Positions 21,539 through 31,774 of a DNA stretch of 64,000 nucleotides are shown piece by piece. Under the pieces are notes generated by a model that saw only the letters and a list, made by a program, of their open reading frames with translations, was not told where the DNA came from and searched no databases. Positions within the stretch are counted from its first letter, which is position 1, and each line of letters starts with the position of its first letter. The translations under genes and the position numbers were made by a program. Where the stretch lies: the sequence record SRR31156797_6066, one strand, 5' to 3'.

Positions 21539-22369
21539 TTAGTTTGGCACCGATAGAATTGGAATTTCAGATTTATTTACCATTTGCTGAGCGTAAGATC
21601 CAAAAAACATATTGAATGTCGTTTCAGCTTGCTCAGTCATTATTGCAATAATATCAGCTTCTATTTCTCTTGCATATTCCAGAGCTGTAAATGTGTTATT
21701 CTCACCTTGCCTAACTTCTTTAATTACATTTACACTCACTTCATTCAAGTATTCTTCAGCCTGTCGCATGTAATGCTCAATTTTACCAACAACAACTTCA
21801 TCCGCTGACTCATAAACACCCAACACGTGCACTTCCGCTCCACAATTCATAGCCAAATCAGCTACAACTGGAATTTTTTTACGAGTTTGATTACTCGCAT
21901 CAATTGGCATTACAATTCTTTTCACAGATTGAGTTTCTAACTCCTGATGCACAGTAACAACAGGACAAGAAGCATGACTTACTACCTTAAATGCATTACT
22001 TCCAATAAAAAACTCTTCAAAACCCGAGGCGCCATATGCTCCCATCACAATTAGATACGAATCTCCGTATTTTGCCTGATTCACAATCTCACGATAAACA
22101 CTTCCTTTTCTTATTTTAAAATCAAAAACTCCATTCTCTACGGCATAGGCAGGCGAATGAAGTTCTGTCAATTTTTCTAAATACTCTTGTACTGTATGAA
22201 TGATTTCATCTTTCAGCTCTTCAAAATGAAATGGAATTTCAAATTTCTCGGATTTTTTCACATGTATCATTCGAAGGTGCGCGCCGAGATTATTAGCCAA
22301 ATTAATGGCAAATTTCAAAGCCTTTATGGAATCTCCGGAAAAGTCTACGGGGACCAAAATACGTTTCAT
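21539..22369 (-). CDS. Universal stress protein (tandem Usp domains)
   Basis: MKRILVPVDFS, LIVMG..G...FFIGSNA..VV..A.CPV, second domain GSYA..IPILSV; start at ATG 22369. Confidence 0.9.
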   Translation of the reverse strand: MKRILVPVDFSGDSIKALKFAINLANNLGAHLRMIHVKKSEKFEIPFHFEELKDEIIHTVQEYLEKLTELHSPAYAVENGVFDFKIRKGSVYREIVNQAKYGDSYLIVMGAYGASGFEEFFIGSNAFKVVSHASCPVVTVHQELETQSVKRIVMPIDASNQTRKKIPVVADLAMNCGAEVHVLGVYESADEVVVGKIEHYMRQAEEYLNEVSVNVIKEVRQGENNTFTALEYAREIEADIIAIMTEQAETTFNMFFGSYAQQMVNKSEIPILSVPN

Positions 22370-22750
22370 GTTGTTTAGTTTTTCAGTTAATCTGTAATAC
22401 AAAAACAGTTCCTATTTTTGAATTTACATAAACAAAACAGGCAACTGAGAGAGATTTATTCCCAAACCCACTCAATATCAACACCTTTTCAAAAGCTTAA
22501 TTTGCGAGATAAAAATACACAAAATTCTTTAGCAACAAACACAATTTTTCATTCCTAAAAAATCAAAATACAAGCCTTTAATAAAATGGATAATAAAGTA
22601 CATCTCATACAATTAAATTTACAAATTAATACTTTAATTAACACACAAATAAATTTCTCCAAAAATCAAAAAATGTGTTCATTTCTTCATATTGTTTTTA
22701 TATCAATTCTAAATCACATCTCTACTTCTTGCCAATCTATTGAGATAATG

Positions 22751-22758
22751 TAACTTTG
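22751..22758 (+). promoter_or_regulatory. Bacteroidota primary-sigma -7 element for miaB
   Basis: TAACTTTG matches TAnnTTTG ~30 nt upstream of the start. Confidence 0.65.
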
Positions 22759-22788
22759 CACGGAATTTTTTAAACTGAGGATATCAGA

Positions 22789-24120
22789 ATGAGCGAAATC
22801 AACAAAAAATTGTTTTTGGAAACCTATGGTTGCCAGATGAATGTTGCAGATAGCGAAGTTGTTGCAGCTATTATGCAACACGATGGTTATGAAGTAACAA
22901 AAAACAGAGAAGATGCTGATGTTATTTTAGTAAATACTTGTTCGGTTCGAGAAAATGCAGAACAGAGAGTAAGAGGTAGAGTTCAAGGATTTAAAGAATT
23001 AAAAAAGAAAAATCCAAAACTCTTAGTTGGCGTAATTGGCTGTATGGCTGAACGTTTAGGCGAAAAACTATTTGAACAAGAGAAAAATGTAAACATTGTT
23101 GTTGGTCCTGATGCATATATGGATTTACCAATGCTGGTAAAAAAAGCTGAAAACGGCGAGAAAGCAATCAACATTGATCTTTCATTAACAGAAACATATA
23201 AAGATATTTGTCCTTCACGAATTGATGAAACTGCTATTTCCGGTTTTGTATCAATCATGAGAGGTTGTAATAACTTCTGTACTTATTGTATTGTTCCTTA
23301 TACACGAGGTAGAGAACGAAGTCGTAATCCTGAAAGCATATTAAAAGAGGTTAAAGATTTAGCTGAAAAAGGATACAAAGAAGTAACTCTATTGGGTCAA
23401 AATGTAAATTCCTTCCAATTTAAAAATTCGATTTCAGAAGTTAGCTTCCCAGAACTACTTGAAATGGTTGCTAAAGCTGCACCAAATATGAGAATTCGTT
23501 TCGCAACATCTCATCCTAAAGATATGAGTGACGATACGTTAAGAGTTATTGCTAAATATTCAAATATTTGCAGATACATTCACCTTCCGGTTCAATCAGG
23601 TAGCGATTCTGTTTTAAAAGACATGCGCAGAAAATACACTCGTGAATGGTATATGGATAGAATTACTGCCATACGTACAATTATTCCGGATTGTGGAATT
23701 TCATCTGATATTTTTTGTGGATTTCATAACGAAAGTGATGAAGATTTTCAGGCTACACTGGATTTGATGAAATGGGCAAAATTCGATTTATCGTATATGT
23801 TTAAGTACTCGGAACGTCCAGGAACTTTTGCATATAAAAATCTTGAAGATAATGTTCCTGAAGATATCAAGAGCAAGCGTTTAACTGAAATGATTGGTGT
23901 ACAAAGTCAATTATCTCATGAAAGTAACCTTCGTGATATCGATAAAGTTTTCGAAGTTTTAGTTGAAGGAGTTTCGAAAAAATCAGATCAGGAATTATAC
24001 GGAAGAACCTCTCAAAATAAAGTGATTGTTTTTCCTAGAAAAGATTACAAAGTCGGAGATTTAGTTCAAGTTAAAGCAACCAGCTGTACTACCGCAACAT
24101 TAATAGGTGTTTCGATATAA
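22789..24120 (+). CDS. miaB: tRNA methylthiotransferase MiaB
   Basis: ETYGCQMN, NTCSVRENAE, radical SAM CNNFCTYC, HLPVQSG, C-terminal TRAM domain. Confidence 0.96.
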   Translation: MSEINKKLFLETYGCQMNVADSEVVAAIMQHDGYEVTKNREDADVILVNTCSVRENAEQRVRGRVQGFKELKKKNPKLLVGVIGCMAERLGEKLFEQEKNVNIVVGPDAYMDLPMLVKKAENGEKAINIDLSLTETYKDICPSRIDETAISGFVSIMRGCNNFCTYCIVPYTRGRERSRNPESILKEVKDLAEKGYKEVTLLGQNVNSFQFKNSISEVSFPELLEMVAKAAPNMRIRFATSHPKDMSDDTLRVIAKYSNICRYIHLPVQSGSDSVLKDMRRKYTREWYMDRITAIRTIIPDCGISSDIFCGFHNESDEDFQATLDLMKWAKFDLSYMFKYSERPGTFAYKNLEDNVPEDIKSKRLTEMIGVQSQLSHESNLRDIDKVFEVLVEGVSKKSDQELYGRTSQNKVIVFPRKDYKVGDLVQVKATSCTTATLIGVSI

Positions 24121-24126
24121 TAACAT

Positions 24127-24158
24127 GAAGAGTCATGCAAATAGTATGACTCTTTTTT
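24127..24158 (+). terminator. Intrinsic terminator after miaB
   Basis: GAAGAGTCAT...ATGACTCTTTTTT. Confidence 0.75.
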
Positions 24159-24161
24159 ATT

Positions 24162-24169
24162 TATCTTTG
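24162..24169 (+). promoter_or_regulatory. -7 promoter element for the GNAT gene
   Basis: TATCTTTG ~25 nt upstream of ATG 24193. Confidence 0.55.
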
Positions 24170-24192
24170 CTATTAGACCAATAAGAAAAGCC

Positions 24193-24711
24193 ATGAAAAT
24201 TAATATTCGTCCTGAAAACAAAAATGATTATTCAGTAATCACCATGATTAATGATATGGCTTTTGGTCAGGAAGCTGAGGGAAAATTGGTTGAAAAATTA
24301 AGAAAAAACCGGAAATTTATTAAGGAATTATCTTTGGTTGCAAGTATGGGAAACGAAGTCGTCGGTCATATTTTATTCTTTCCAATCCTTATAAAATCAA
24401 ACGAAAAAGAATTTCAATCTTTAGCTCTGGCACCAATGTCAGTTATTCCTGAACTTCAATCTTTAGGAATTGGAAGTCAGCTGGTACAAAAAGGACTTGC
24501 TAAAGCAAAAAAATTAGGTCACCAATCAGTAATAGTATTGGGGCACGATAAATATTATCCAAAATTTGGTTTTAACCTTGCGAGTAAGTTTGACATTACT
24601 GCTCCATTCGACGTACCCGATCATGCATTTATGGCTATGGAACTTGAGAAGGATTCATTAAAATGTGTTCAGGGATGTGTTGAATACCCTAAAGAATTTA
24701 ATGATTTATAA
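24193..24711 (+). CDS. GNAT family N-acetyltransferase (YhbS-like)
   Basis: LALAPMSV.P..Q..GIGS.L, VLGH..YY.KFGF. Confidence 0.88.
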   Translation: MKINIRPENKNDYSVITMINDMAFGQEAEGKLVEKLRKNRKFIKELSLVASMGNEVVGHILFFPILIKSNEKEFQSLALAPMSVIPELQSLGIGSQLVQKGLAKAKKLGHQSVIVLGHDKYYPKFGFNLASKFDITAPFDVPDHAFMAMELEKDSLKCVQGCVEYPKEFNDL

Positions 24712-24726
24712 AAAGTAACAATTCTG

Positions 24727-25038
24727 TTAATTTTTCCCCAATACGAATGATTCGTTCATTCCAACAAGATCCACTAATTCCAAAACATCCTCAGAGGCAT
24801 TAGCTAGTGAAAACATTCGTTCATTAGCTTTAGCCAACTCTGCAATGGCTTTAAGAGCCGAAAATCCCTGACTGTCAATAAAACTGACTCCATTAAGATC
24901 AAGCACAACTTGTTTACCCGATTTTTCGATAAAATCAACGATTTCCTTCTTCACCATTTCCGAAATCTTACTATTTATTCTTCTGGTCCCTTCTAAAGAG
25001 GCAATTACAGATTGTTCTTGTATTCGAAAATTTAACAT
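24727..25038 (-). CDS. STAS domain protein (anti-sigma-factor antagonist type)
   Basis: VVLDLNGVSFIDSQG phospho-Ser motif, ~103 aa; start moved to ATG 25038. Confidence 0.82.
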   Translation of the reverse strand: MLNFRIQEQSVIASLEGTRRINSKISEMVKKEIVDFIEKSGKQVVLDLNGVSFIDSQGFSALKAIAELAKANERMFSLANASEDVLELVDLVGMNESFVLGKN

Positions 25039-25331
25039 ACTTTTCTGATTGATTTTAAGCAACATGTATACTGTGTAAAGAAAATAGATTTTCATTAAAA
25101 AGCAATTCTAAAACGCTTATTTAAAGTTGATCCTATTTCAACTACCTAGTACGGAAACGAACATGATTTTGTTCACATTCGAACAAAAAAAATTAATCAC
25201 ACAAGCTCTTAACCTTTAAAACTCACAAGTAATCAGATAAATATCAATTATGGTATGAAATATGATAATTTGATCGAATTATTAAATTATTCATTAATTA
25301 AAAAGAATTTTTTAACCAAGTCCATTTCGTT

Positions 25332-28300
25332 ATGCTTAAAAAACTGTTTTTTATTACAACATTTTTAATTGCTCTTGCAGAAAGTTTACTAGCCTCGGAA
25401 ACTCCATTATGGTTACGTTATCCTTCAATCTCTCCCGACGGACAAACAATTGTTTTTGAATATGGTGGTGATCTTTTCACTATTTCCTCAGAAGGAGGAA
25501 CGGCGACACCATTAACTATGAATCAATCATACGATTACAAACCTGTTTGGTCGCCTGATAGCAAAACAATTGCTTTTGCATCAAATCGATTTGGTAATTT
25601 TGATATCTACACCATTCCGGCAAGTGGTGGAGTTCCAGAACGATTAACTTATCACTCTGGAAATGAATCTCCGTCTTCTTTTACTCCTGATGGTCAAAAC
25701 ATCCTATTTTCATCATCAATTAGTGATGACTCCAAAAACGTAATGTTTCCTTCTGGTGTGCTACCAGAATTATATAGTGTTCCTGTCGAAGGAGGAAAAA
25801 TTTCTCAAATTCTTACCACTCCGGCATTAGATGCTCAATACAGTAAGAATATGGAATTCATTCTTTATCGCGATAGCAAAGGATATGAAGATCATTGGAG
25901 AAAACATCATACTTCAGCCGTAACAAGAGATATTTGGCTTTACGATACTAAAAACAAAAAACACAGCATGTTTTCAACCTTTAAAGGTGAAGATTTGTAT
26001 CCTGTTTTTAGCTCAGACAATAAGGAAGTTTATTACCTATCAGAAAAGTCAGGTTCTTTTAACATTTGGAAAGCACCTGTCGATAATAAGTCAGACTTAA
26101 GTCAACTTAGTTCATTCAAAAATCATCCTGTACGATTCCTAAGCATTTCAGAAAACGACAAATTGTGTTATTTCTGGAATGGAGAAATATACACTCAGGA
26201 GAAAGGAAAAGATCATGTAAAATTGAATGTAAAACTTGCTGTTGACAACAAGGAAAATTCGGTTAGTTACGAAAAATTAAGAAGTGGTGCGCAAGAAATG
26301 AGCGTTGCTCCTAATGGAAAAGAAGTTGCTTTTATAGTACGTGGTGAAGTATTCGTAACATCAGTTGAATATGGAACAACAAAAAGAATTACCAATACTC
26401 CTGAACAGGAACGTTCGGTAAGTTTCAGTCCTGATGGTAAAGCTCTACTTTATGCTTCGGAAAGAAATGGAAGTTGGAATTTATATCAAACCAAATTGGT
26501 ACGCGAAGGCGAAACTCAGTTTTCTAATGCAACAACATTAAATGAAGAAGTGGTTTTAGAAACAGAAGCTGAAACTTATCAACCAAAATATTCACCAGAT
26601 GGAAAAGAGGTTGCATTCCTTGAAGAACGTGTAATTCTTAAAGTGATTAACCTTAAATCGAAAAAGGTAAGAGAAATTCTTGGAAAAGAATACAACTACT
26701 CTTATTCAGATGGTGATCAGCATTACGATTGGTCGAACGATGGCAAATGGTTTTTAGTTGATTTTTATCCTCATACTATTTTTATGCCAGATGTAGCATT
26801 AGTGGATGCACAAGGCAATAAGAAAATTGTGAATATTACTGAAAGTGGATATAGCGATTCAAATGCCAAATGGTCGTTAAAAGGAAATGCTATGATTTGG
26901 CATACCGATCGTCGTGGTTATCGTTCTCATGGTAGCTGGGGTTCACAAGGTGACGTATATGTTCAGTTTTTCAACCAAAAGACTCTTGATGAATTTAAAC
27001 TTTCTAAAGAGGAGAAAGAGCTAATAAAAGAAGAAGAGAAAGCTAAGAAAGAGAGCAAAAAAGAAGAGGATACTGATAAAAAAGATAAGAAAAGCAAAAA
27101 AGACAAGAAGGATAAAAAAGAAGACGAAGAAAAAGACAAAGATCTTGACATAGAATTATCAGGATTAGAAGATCGTCAGATTTGTCTAACCATAAATCCA
27201 TCTAATCTTTCCGATGCAATTTTAACCCCTGATGGTAAAAAATTATTCTACTTAAGTAGATTTGAAGAAGGTTACGATCTTTGGGTGAATGATCTGGAAA
27301 AGAAGGAAACAAAAAAGATATTGGATTTAAAAGGTGGCGGTGGCGCTATGCAGTTCGATAAAGATGCTAAGAACTTATTCTTAATGTCGGGCAATAGTAT
27401 TATTAAAGTGGATGTTGCCTCGAATAAGCGCAAAAACATTAGTTATACTGCAGAAATGTATCTTGACAAAGCCAAGGAAAGAGAATATCTTTTTGAGCAC
27501 GTTTGGCGGACTATGTTGCGTAAATTCTACGATCCTGAAATGCATCAATTGGATTGGGATTTCTACAAATCTGAATATTCTCGCTTCTTACCACATATCA
27601 ATAATAATTTTGATTTTGCTGAAATGTTAAGCGAACTTTTAGGTGAATTAAATGCTTCACATACTGGTTCTGGATACAGATACAGATCATCAAACGGAGA
27701 TCGTACGGCGAAACTTGGAGCTTTTTACGATTGGAAATATGAAGGTGATGGTTTAAGAATTGCTGAGATTCTTGAAAAAGGTCCTTTGAACCAAGCGGAT
27801 TCTAAAATTAAACCAGGTGTTGTTATCGAAAAAATTGATGGTATGACCATCACAAAAGATAAGAGTCACTATCCATTATTAAATCACAAAGCTGGTAAAA
27901 AAGTTCTTTTAAGCTTATACAGCCCATACACAAAAGAACGATGGGAAGAAACGGTTAAGCCTGTTTCAAGTATAAACAACCTACTTTACGAACGTTGGGT
28001 AAAAAGTCGTCAGGAAGAAGTAAAACGCTTATCGGATGGCAAAATTGGATACGTTCATGTTAGAGGTATGAACTCGCCAAGTTACCGTAAAATTTATTCT
28101 GAAATGCTTGGTAAATATGGTACTTGCGAAGCAATTGTGGTAGATACCCGCTTTAATGGCGGTGGCTGGCTACACGACGATTTGGTGACATTACTTAGTG
28201 GTGAAGTTTACTCAACTCTATCTCCTCGAGGACAGGACTTTGGAACCGAGCCAATGAATAAATGGAAGAAACCATCAGCTGTTTTAATTAGCGAAAGTAA

Positions 28301-28598
28301 CTATTCAGATGCTTGTGCTTTCCCTTATGCTTACCAAACCTTAAAAATTGGAAAATTGATTGGTATGCCTGTTCCTGGTACTATGACCGCAGTTTGGTGG
28401 GAAACTTTACAAGATAGAAGTCTATATTTTGGTATGCCAATGGTTGGTGTTAAAGATATGAAAGGAGATTATATCGAAAACCAGCAAATTGAACCAGATA
28501 TCAGAGTAACCAACGATTACGAAAAGGTAATTGAAGGTAAAGATCAGCAGCTTGAAAAAGCAGTTGAGCACTTATTAAACGAAATTAAAAAGAATTAG
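25332..28598 (+). CDS. Tricorn-like S41 family protease
   Basis: Signal peptide, PD40/WD40-like propeller repeats (SPDG), GELNASH, PDZ region, DTRFNGGG, YSD catalytic Ser region. Confidence 0.92.
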   Translation: MLKKLFFITTFLIALAESLLASETPLWLRYPSISPDGQTIVFEYGGDLFTISSEGGTATPLTMNQSYDYKPVWSPDSKTIAFASNRFGNFDIYTIPASGGVPERLTYHSGNESPSSFTPDGQNILFSSSISDDSKNVMFPSGVLPELYSVPVEGGKISQILTTPALDAQYSKNMEFILYRDSKGYEDHWRKHHTSAVTRDIWLYDTKNKKHSMFSTFKGEDLYPVFSSDNKEVYYLSEKSGSFNIWKAPVDNKSDLSQLSSFKNHPVRFLSISENDKLCYFWNGEIYTQEKGKDHVKLNVKLAVDNKENSVSYEKLRSGAQEMSVAPNGKEVAFIVRGEVFVTSVEYGTTKRITNTPEQERSVSFSPDGKALLYASERNGSWNLYQTKLVREGETQFSNATTLNEEVVLETEAETYQPKYSPDGKEVAFLEERVILKVINLKSKKVREILGKEYNYSYSDGDQHYDWSNDGKWFLVDFYPHTIFMPDVALVDAQGNKKIVNITESGYSDSNAKWSLKGNAMIWHTDRRGYRSHGSWGSQGDVYVQFFNQKTLDEFKLSKEEKELIKEEEKAKKESKKEEDTDKKDKKSKKDKKDKKEDEEKDKDLDIELSGLEDRQICLTINPSNLSDAILTPDGKKLFYLSRFEEGYDLWVNDLEKKETKKILDLKGGGGAMQFDKDAKNLFLMSGNSIIKVDVASNKRKNISYTAEMYLDKAKEREYLFEHVWRTMLRKFYDPEMHQLDWDFYKSEYSRFLPHINNNFDFAEMLSELLGELNASHTGSGYRYRSSNGDRTAKLGAFYDWKYEGDGLRIAEILEKGPLNQADSKIKPGVVIEKIDGMTITKDKSHYPLLNHKAGKKVLLSLYSPYTKERWEETVKPVSSINNLLYERWVKSRQEEVKRLSDGKIGYVHVRGMNSPSYRKIYSEMLGKYGTCEAIVVDTRFNGGGWLHDDLVTLLSGEVYSTLSPRGQDFGTEPMNKWKKPSAVLISESNYSDACAFPYAYQTLKIGKLIGMPVPGTMTAVWWETLQDRSLYFGMPMVGVKDMKGDYIENQQIEPDIRVTNDYEKVIEGKDQQLEKAVEHLLNEIKKN

Positions 28599-28611
28599 TC
28601 TGTGTAAATAA

Positions 28612-28881
28612 GATATCCTGTAAGGTACTATTCCTAAACCGAAAGTACCTGCAGGAAATCCCAATTACATGAAAGATATTTTGAGGCAGAGCTCAATATT
28701 CCTCATTTCACCTCAAATGATTTGGGCTTTGTCCTCTTTTTAAACAACAACAACAAATACCCCATTCCAATGAATTTTATTGGAAGTATTGTTTGTCTCT
28801 CCTTCCTTTTATCTCTTTGAGGCAAACAAAATATACCGAAGATCACATGTCAATTGGACATTGAGATTTTCGGTTTTTTTT
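28612..28881 (+). ncRNA. Candidate structured RNA (five consecutive hairpins, two with U-tails)
   Basis: Five stem-loops, each containing at least one pair that is G-U on the + strand; U-runs at 28737-28741 and 28874-28881; no family recognised. Confidence 0.45.
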
Positions 28882-29109
28882 CACATATTATATGCTATAT
28901 AACCAATAATAAGACCTTTAACAGTAAAGGCTAAAAAAGCACATATAATATCTATCCAAGCTTCTCGAATGTCCATCAATAATAATCGCCGAATAATTTT
29001 TAATTCTTTTTTACATACTTATTTTTATAAAAGGGTTACTTTTAAATAATTGGTATTCTTAATTGTACCGTAGTACCAATTTCTTCCAAAAAAAACAGAA
29101 AGTTAAGTC

Positions 29110-30375
29110 ATGAATTTAAACAAAGAACTTCCTAAACTGGTTAAAGAAGGAGTTATTTCGCAAGAAGTATCTGATTCCATTTTTAATTATTACCAAAAAG
29201 AAAAAACTCCTGATCAAAGTAGACTAATGCTTGTTTTTGGAGTAATTGGTGCCATTCTGGTTGGACTTGGAATTATTCTGATTATCGCACACAATTGGGA
29301 TGATTTTTTAAGACCCCTAAAAACAGGATTTGCTTTACTTCCACTAATAATTGGACAACTAGCTTGTGGATATACAATTTTAAGAAAAAAAGAATCACCT
29401 ACATGGCGAGAAGCAAGTACTAGTTTTCTCTTTTTCGCTATTGGTTCCTGTATTTCTCTTATCAGTCAGATTTATAATATTCCAGGTGAAATGGGATCCT
29501 TCCTATTTTTATGGATGATCTTGTTTCTGCCCATACCATTTGTTATGAAATCTTCAGTAGGTTCATTACTATTCCTTATTGGTAGTTCTTTTTATGCCCT
29601 TAACGTAGGATATTGGGAATTCCCAGATACTCCACCCTATTGGTATCTATTTTTTATTGCCGTAACATTAATATTCTACCTGCAACTAAAAAAACAAAAA
29701 CCAGAAAGCAATGCCCTTGTATTTCACAATTGGTTAATTCCATTATCATTAACCATTTGTCTTGGAAGCTTTTCTATTCATCATGAAGAGATACTATTTT
29801 TGGCTTACATGAGTATGTTTGCTATTTTCACTCAAATTGGAAATACAGAATCACTAATAAATCAACCTGCCAGAAACAATGCTTTTCGAATAATTGGCTG
29901 GCTAGGTAGTGTTACAATTTTACTAATTCTTAGTTTCGATGCAGTTTGGGAAGACATTAGAAGAGAAATATATCAAAACTCCGAACTAATTACAGCACCC
30001 GAAGTTTACACTACCCTCTTAGTTTCAATTGCAGCAATTTTTCTTGCTTACCGGGCTTTTGCAAAGAACAAACTACGAATAAATGAAATCTTATTTTTCG
30101 TTTTACTATTGATATACATTCTAAGTTCACATTCTTCTTTTGCTTTTGTTCTGGTTAATCTACTCTTATTCACTTTTGGTCTGTTAACGATTATCTCTGG
30201 TACCAATCAACGAAGTTTAATGCTTATGAACTCTGGCTTACTAATAATAACAGCATTAATTATTTGTCGTTTTTTCGATACAGATTTAAGCTTTGTGATA
30301 AGAGGTGTTCTTTTCCTATCCATCGGATTTGGCTTCTTTATTGCCAATTATCAACTACTAAAAAAGAAGAAATAA
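29110..30375 (+). CDS. DUF2157-type multi-pass membrane protein
   Basis: N-terminal EGVIS, G..L.GLG....IA.NW, ISQIYNI; many TM helices. Confidence 0.75.
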   Translation: MNLNKELPKLVKEGVISQEVSDSIFNYYQKEKTPDQSRLMLVFGVIGAILVGLGIILIIAHNWDDFLRPLKTGFALLPLIIGQLACGYTILRKKESPTWREASTSFLFFAIGSCISLISQIYNIPGEMGSFLFLWMILFLPIPFVMKSSVGSLLFLIGSSFYALNVGYWEFPDTPPYWYLFFIAVTLIFYLQLKKQKPESNALVFHNWLIPLSLTICLGSFSIHHEEILFLAYMSMFAIFTQIGNTESLINQPARNNAFRIIGWLGSVTILLILSFDAVWEDIRREIYQNSELITAPEVYTTLLVSIAAIFLAYRAFAKNKLRINEILFFVLLLIYILSSHSSFAFVLVNLLLFTFGLLTIISGTNQRSLMLMNSGLLIITALIICRFFDTDLSFVIRGVLFLSIGFGFFIANYQLLKKKK

Positions 30376-30376
30376 C

Positions 30377-30970
30377 ATGTATAAAAAATACGTATTCCCC
30401 ATATTTATACTCATTGCTTTTATTCAATTGGCTATTCCTGTTAAAAGCATTTACGATCAGGAGCAAATTCTTGCTCATGGTAAGGAATTTAAGTTTCGAA
30501 CTGCTCCGGTAGATCCCAACGATCCTTTTCGAGGAAAATACGTCGCTCTCCGCTTTAAAGAGAATACCATAAATGTAGCACTCTACGAAAAATGGAAACA
30601 AGGTGATAAAATATATGCTCACATCGATGAAGATAAAAGCGGATTTGCTCAGCTTACATATGCCTCAGAAACAGAACCAACTAGACACAAACATTATATT
30701 GTAGCTAAAATTCAAAGAGTAAAAACTTCTATGGATAAAAAAAACAATATCACCAATATTGAGATTTCCATTCAATATCCTTTTGATCGCTTTTACATGG
30801 AAGAATCGAAAGCAAAAGCCGCCGAAGATCTTTATAGGAAATCAACCGCTGACCAAAAGAAAATCACTTATGCATTGGTGAATGTGAAAAAGGGAAAAGC
30901 CACTCTTAAAGATGTAATGATTGATGGAGTTTCTATTCAAAAGTTAGTTGAGATGACAAATCAAAACTAA
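30377..30970 (+). CDS. GDYXXLXY domain-containing protein
   Basis: N-terminal TM, APVDPNDPFRGKYVALRF, RFYMEE; usual partner of DUF2157. Confidence 0.8.
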   Translation: MYKKYVFPIFILIAFIQLAIPVKSIYDQEQILAHGKEFKFRTAPVDPNDPFRGKYVALRFKENTINVALYEKWKQGDKIYAHIDEDKSGFAQLTYASETEPTRHKHYIVAKIQRVKTSMDKKNNITNIEISIQYPFDRFYMEESKAKAAEDLYRKSTADQKKITYALVNVKKGKATLKDVMIDGVSIQKLVEMTNQN

Positions 30971-31171
30971 TACTTACACCTGAATTTTCAATTAATTTTT
31001 GAATAGCACTAAGTCACTATTTATAATACCTAACGACACCTAACAGTCTCTTTATTTAGATTTTAATTGATATTTTCATTCATAATATTTGGTTGTCTTA
31101 TTTTTTATTTGTTAACTTTAATAGTGATTATAGACTGTAATCATTTTATTTACTTATAAAAAAATCATCCT

Positions 31172-31648
31172 ATGAGTATTGAAAATAAAGTTAAGATCGT
31201 ATTAACCGACGAACAAAAAGCTACCATCGATGCAGCTTTAAAATCTTTAAAAGACACATTAGGTCCTGTACTAATTAGTTTAACTCCCGACGAGAAAAAG
31301 TCCATGCTTATTCTGGGTGATAAAACACTAAGTTTTGTCAATAAAAACTTAATGTATTCAATTCAGAACCCAGAGTTTATTCCGAGTTACTTAAATCAAA
31401 ATGATTGGAGTGTTGATATGCAAGCCTGGAACGATTTGGCTCCTATTAATTCTCAATTAAAAGAACTGAACAGCTTACTTAACGATACTATTGCACTTTG
31501 CGGAAACGAGGCTTATCGTCAAGCGCTCACTTATTACAACAACGTGAAGCAAGCGGCTAAAGATAACGTTCCAAGTGCCAAACCAATTTACGAGGAACTA
31601 AAACAACAGTACCCAAACCACAAAAAGAATAAAGAAATTGTTGAATAG
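31172..31648 (+). CDS. Conserved hypothetical all-helical protein (158 aa)
   Basis: Clean ORF with A-rich leader; LTPDEKK..L.LGDK..FV, NPEF.P, DT....G.EAY..AL.YY pattern resembles a widespread uncharacterised family. Confidence 0.8.
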   Translation: MSIENKVKIVLTDEQKATIDAALKSLKDTLGPVLISLTPDEKKSMLILGDKTLSFVNKNLMYSIQNPEFIPSYLNQNDWSVDMQAWNDLAPINSQLKELNSLLNDTIALCGNEAYRQALTYYNNVKQAAKDNVPSAKPIYEELKQQYPNHKKNKEIVE

Positions 31649-31670
31649 GTATTCATATCTATTGTTTTAG

Positions 31671-31712
31671 TCCCCCTAAAAGTACTAGTCACACTTTTTA
31701 GGGGGATTTTTT
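31671..31712 (+). terminator. Intrinsic terminator after the 158-aa gene
   Basis: TCCCCCTAAAAGT...ACTTTTTAGGGGGA followed by TTTTTT. Confidence 0.75.
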
Positions 31713-31774
31713 CCCTTTAGGATATATTCATCCCCAAGAGGTATTTTTTTAACCCCAACTAGTACCTATAAAAG

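Noticed and set aside
27005-27150. Purine-rich low-complexity tract in the tricorn gene and its antisense ORF (26963-27151)
   Set aside because: It encodes a K/D/E-rich linker typical of these proteases; the antisense ORF is a shadow.
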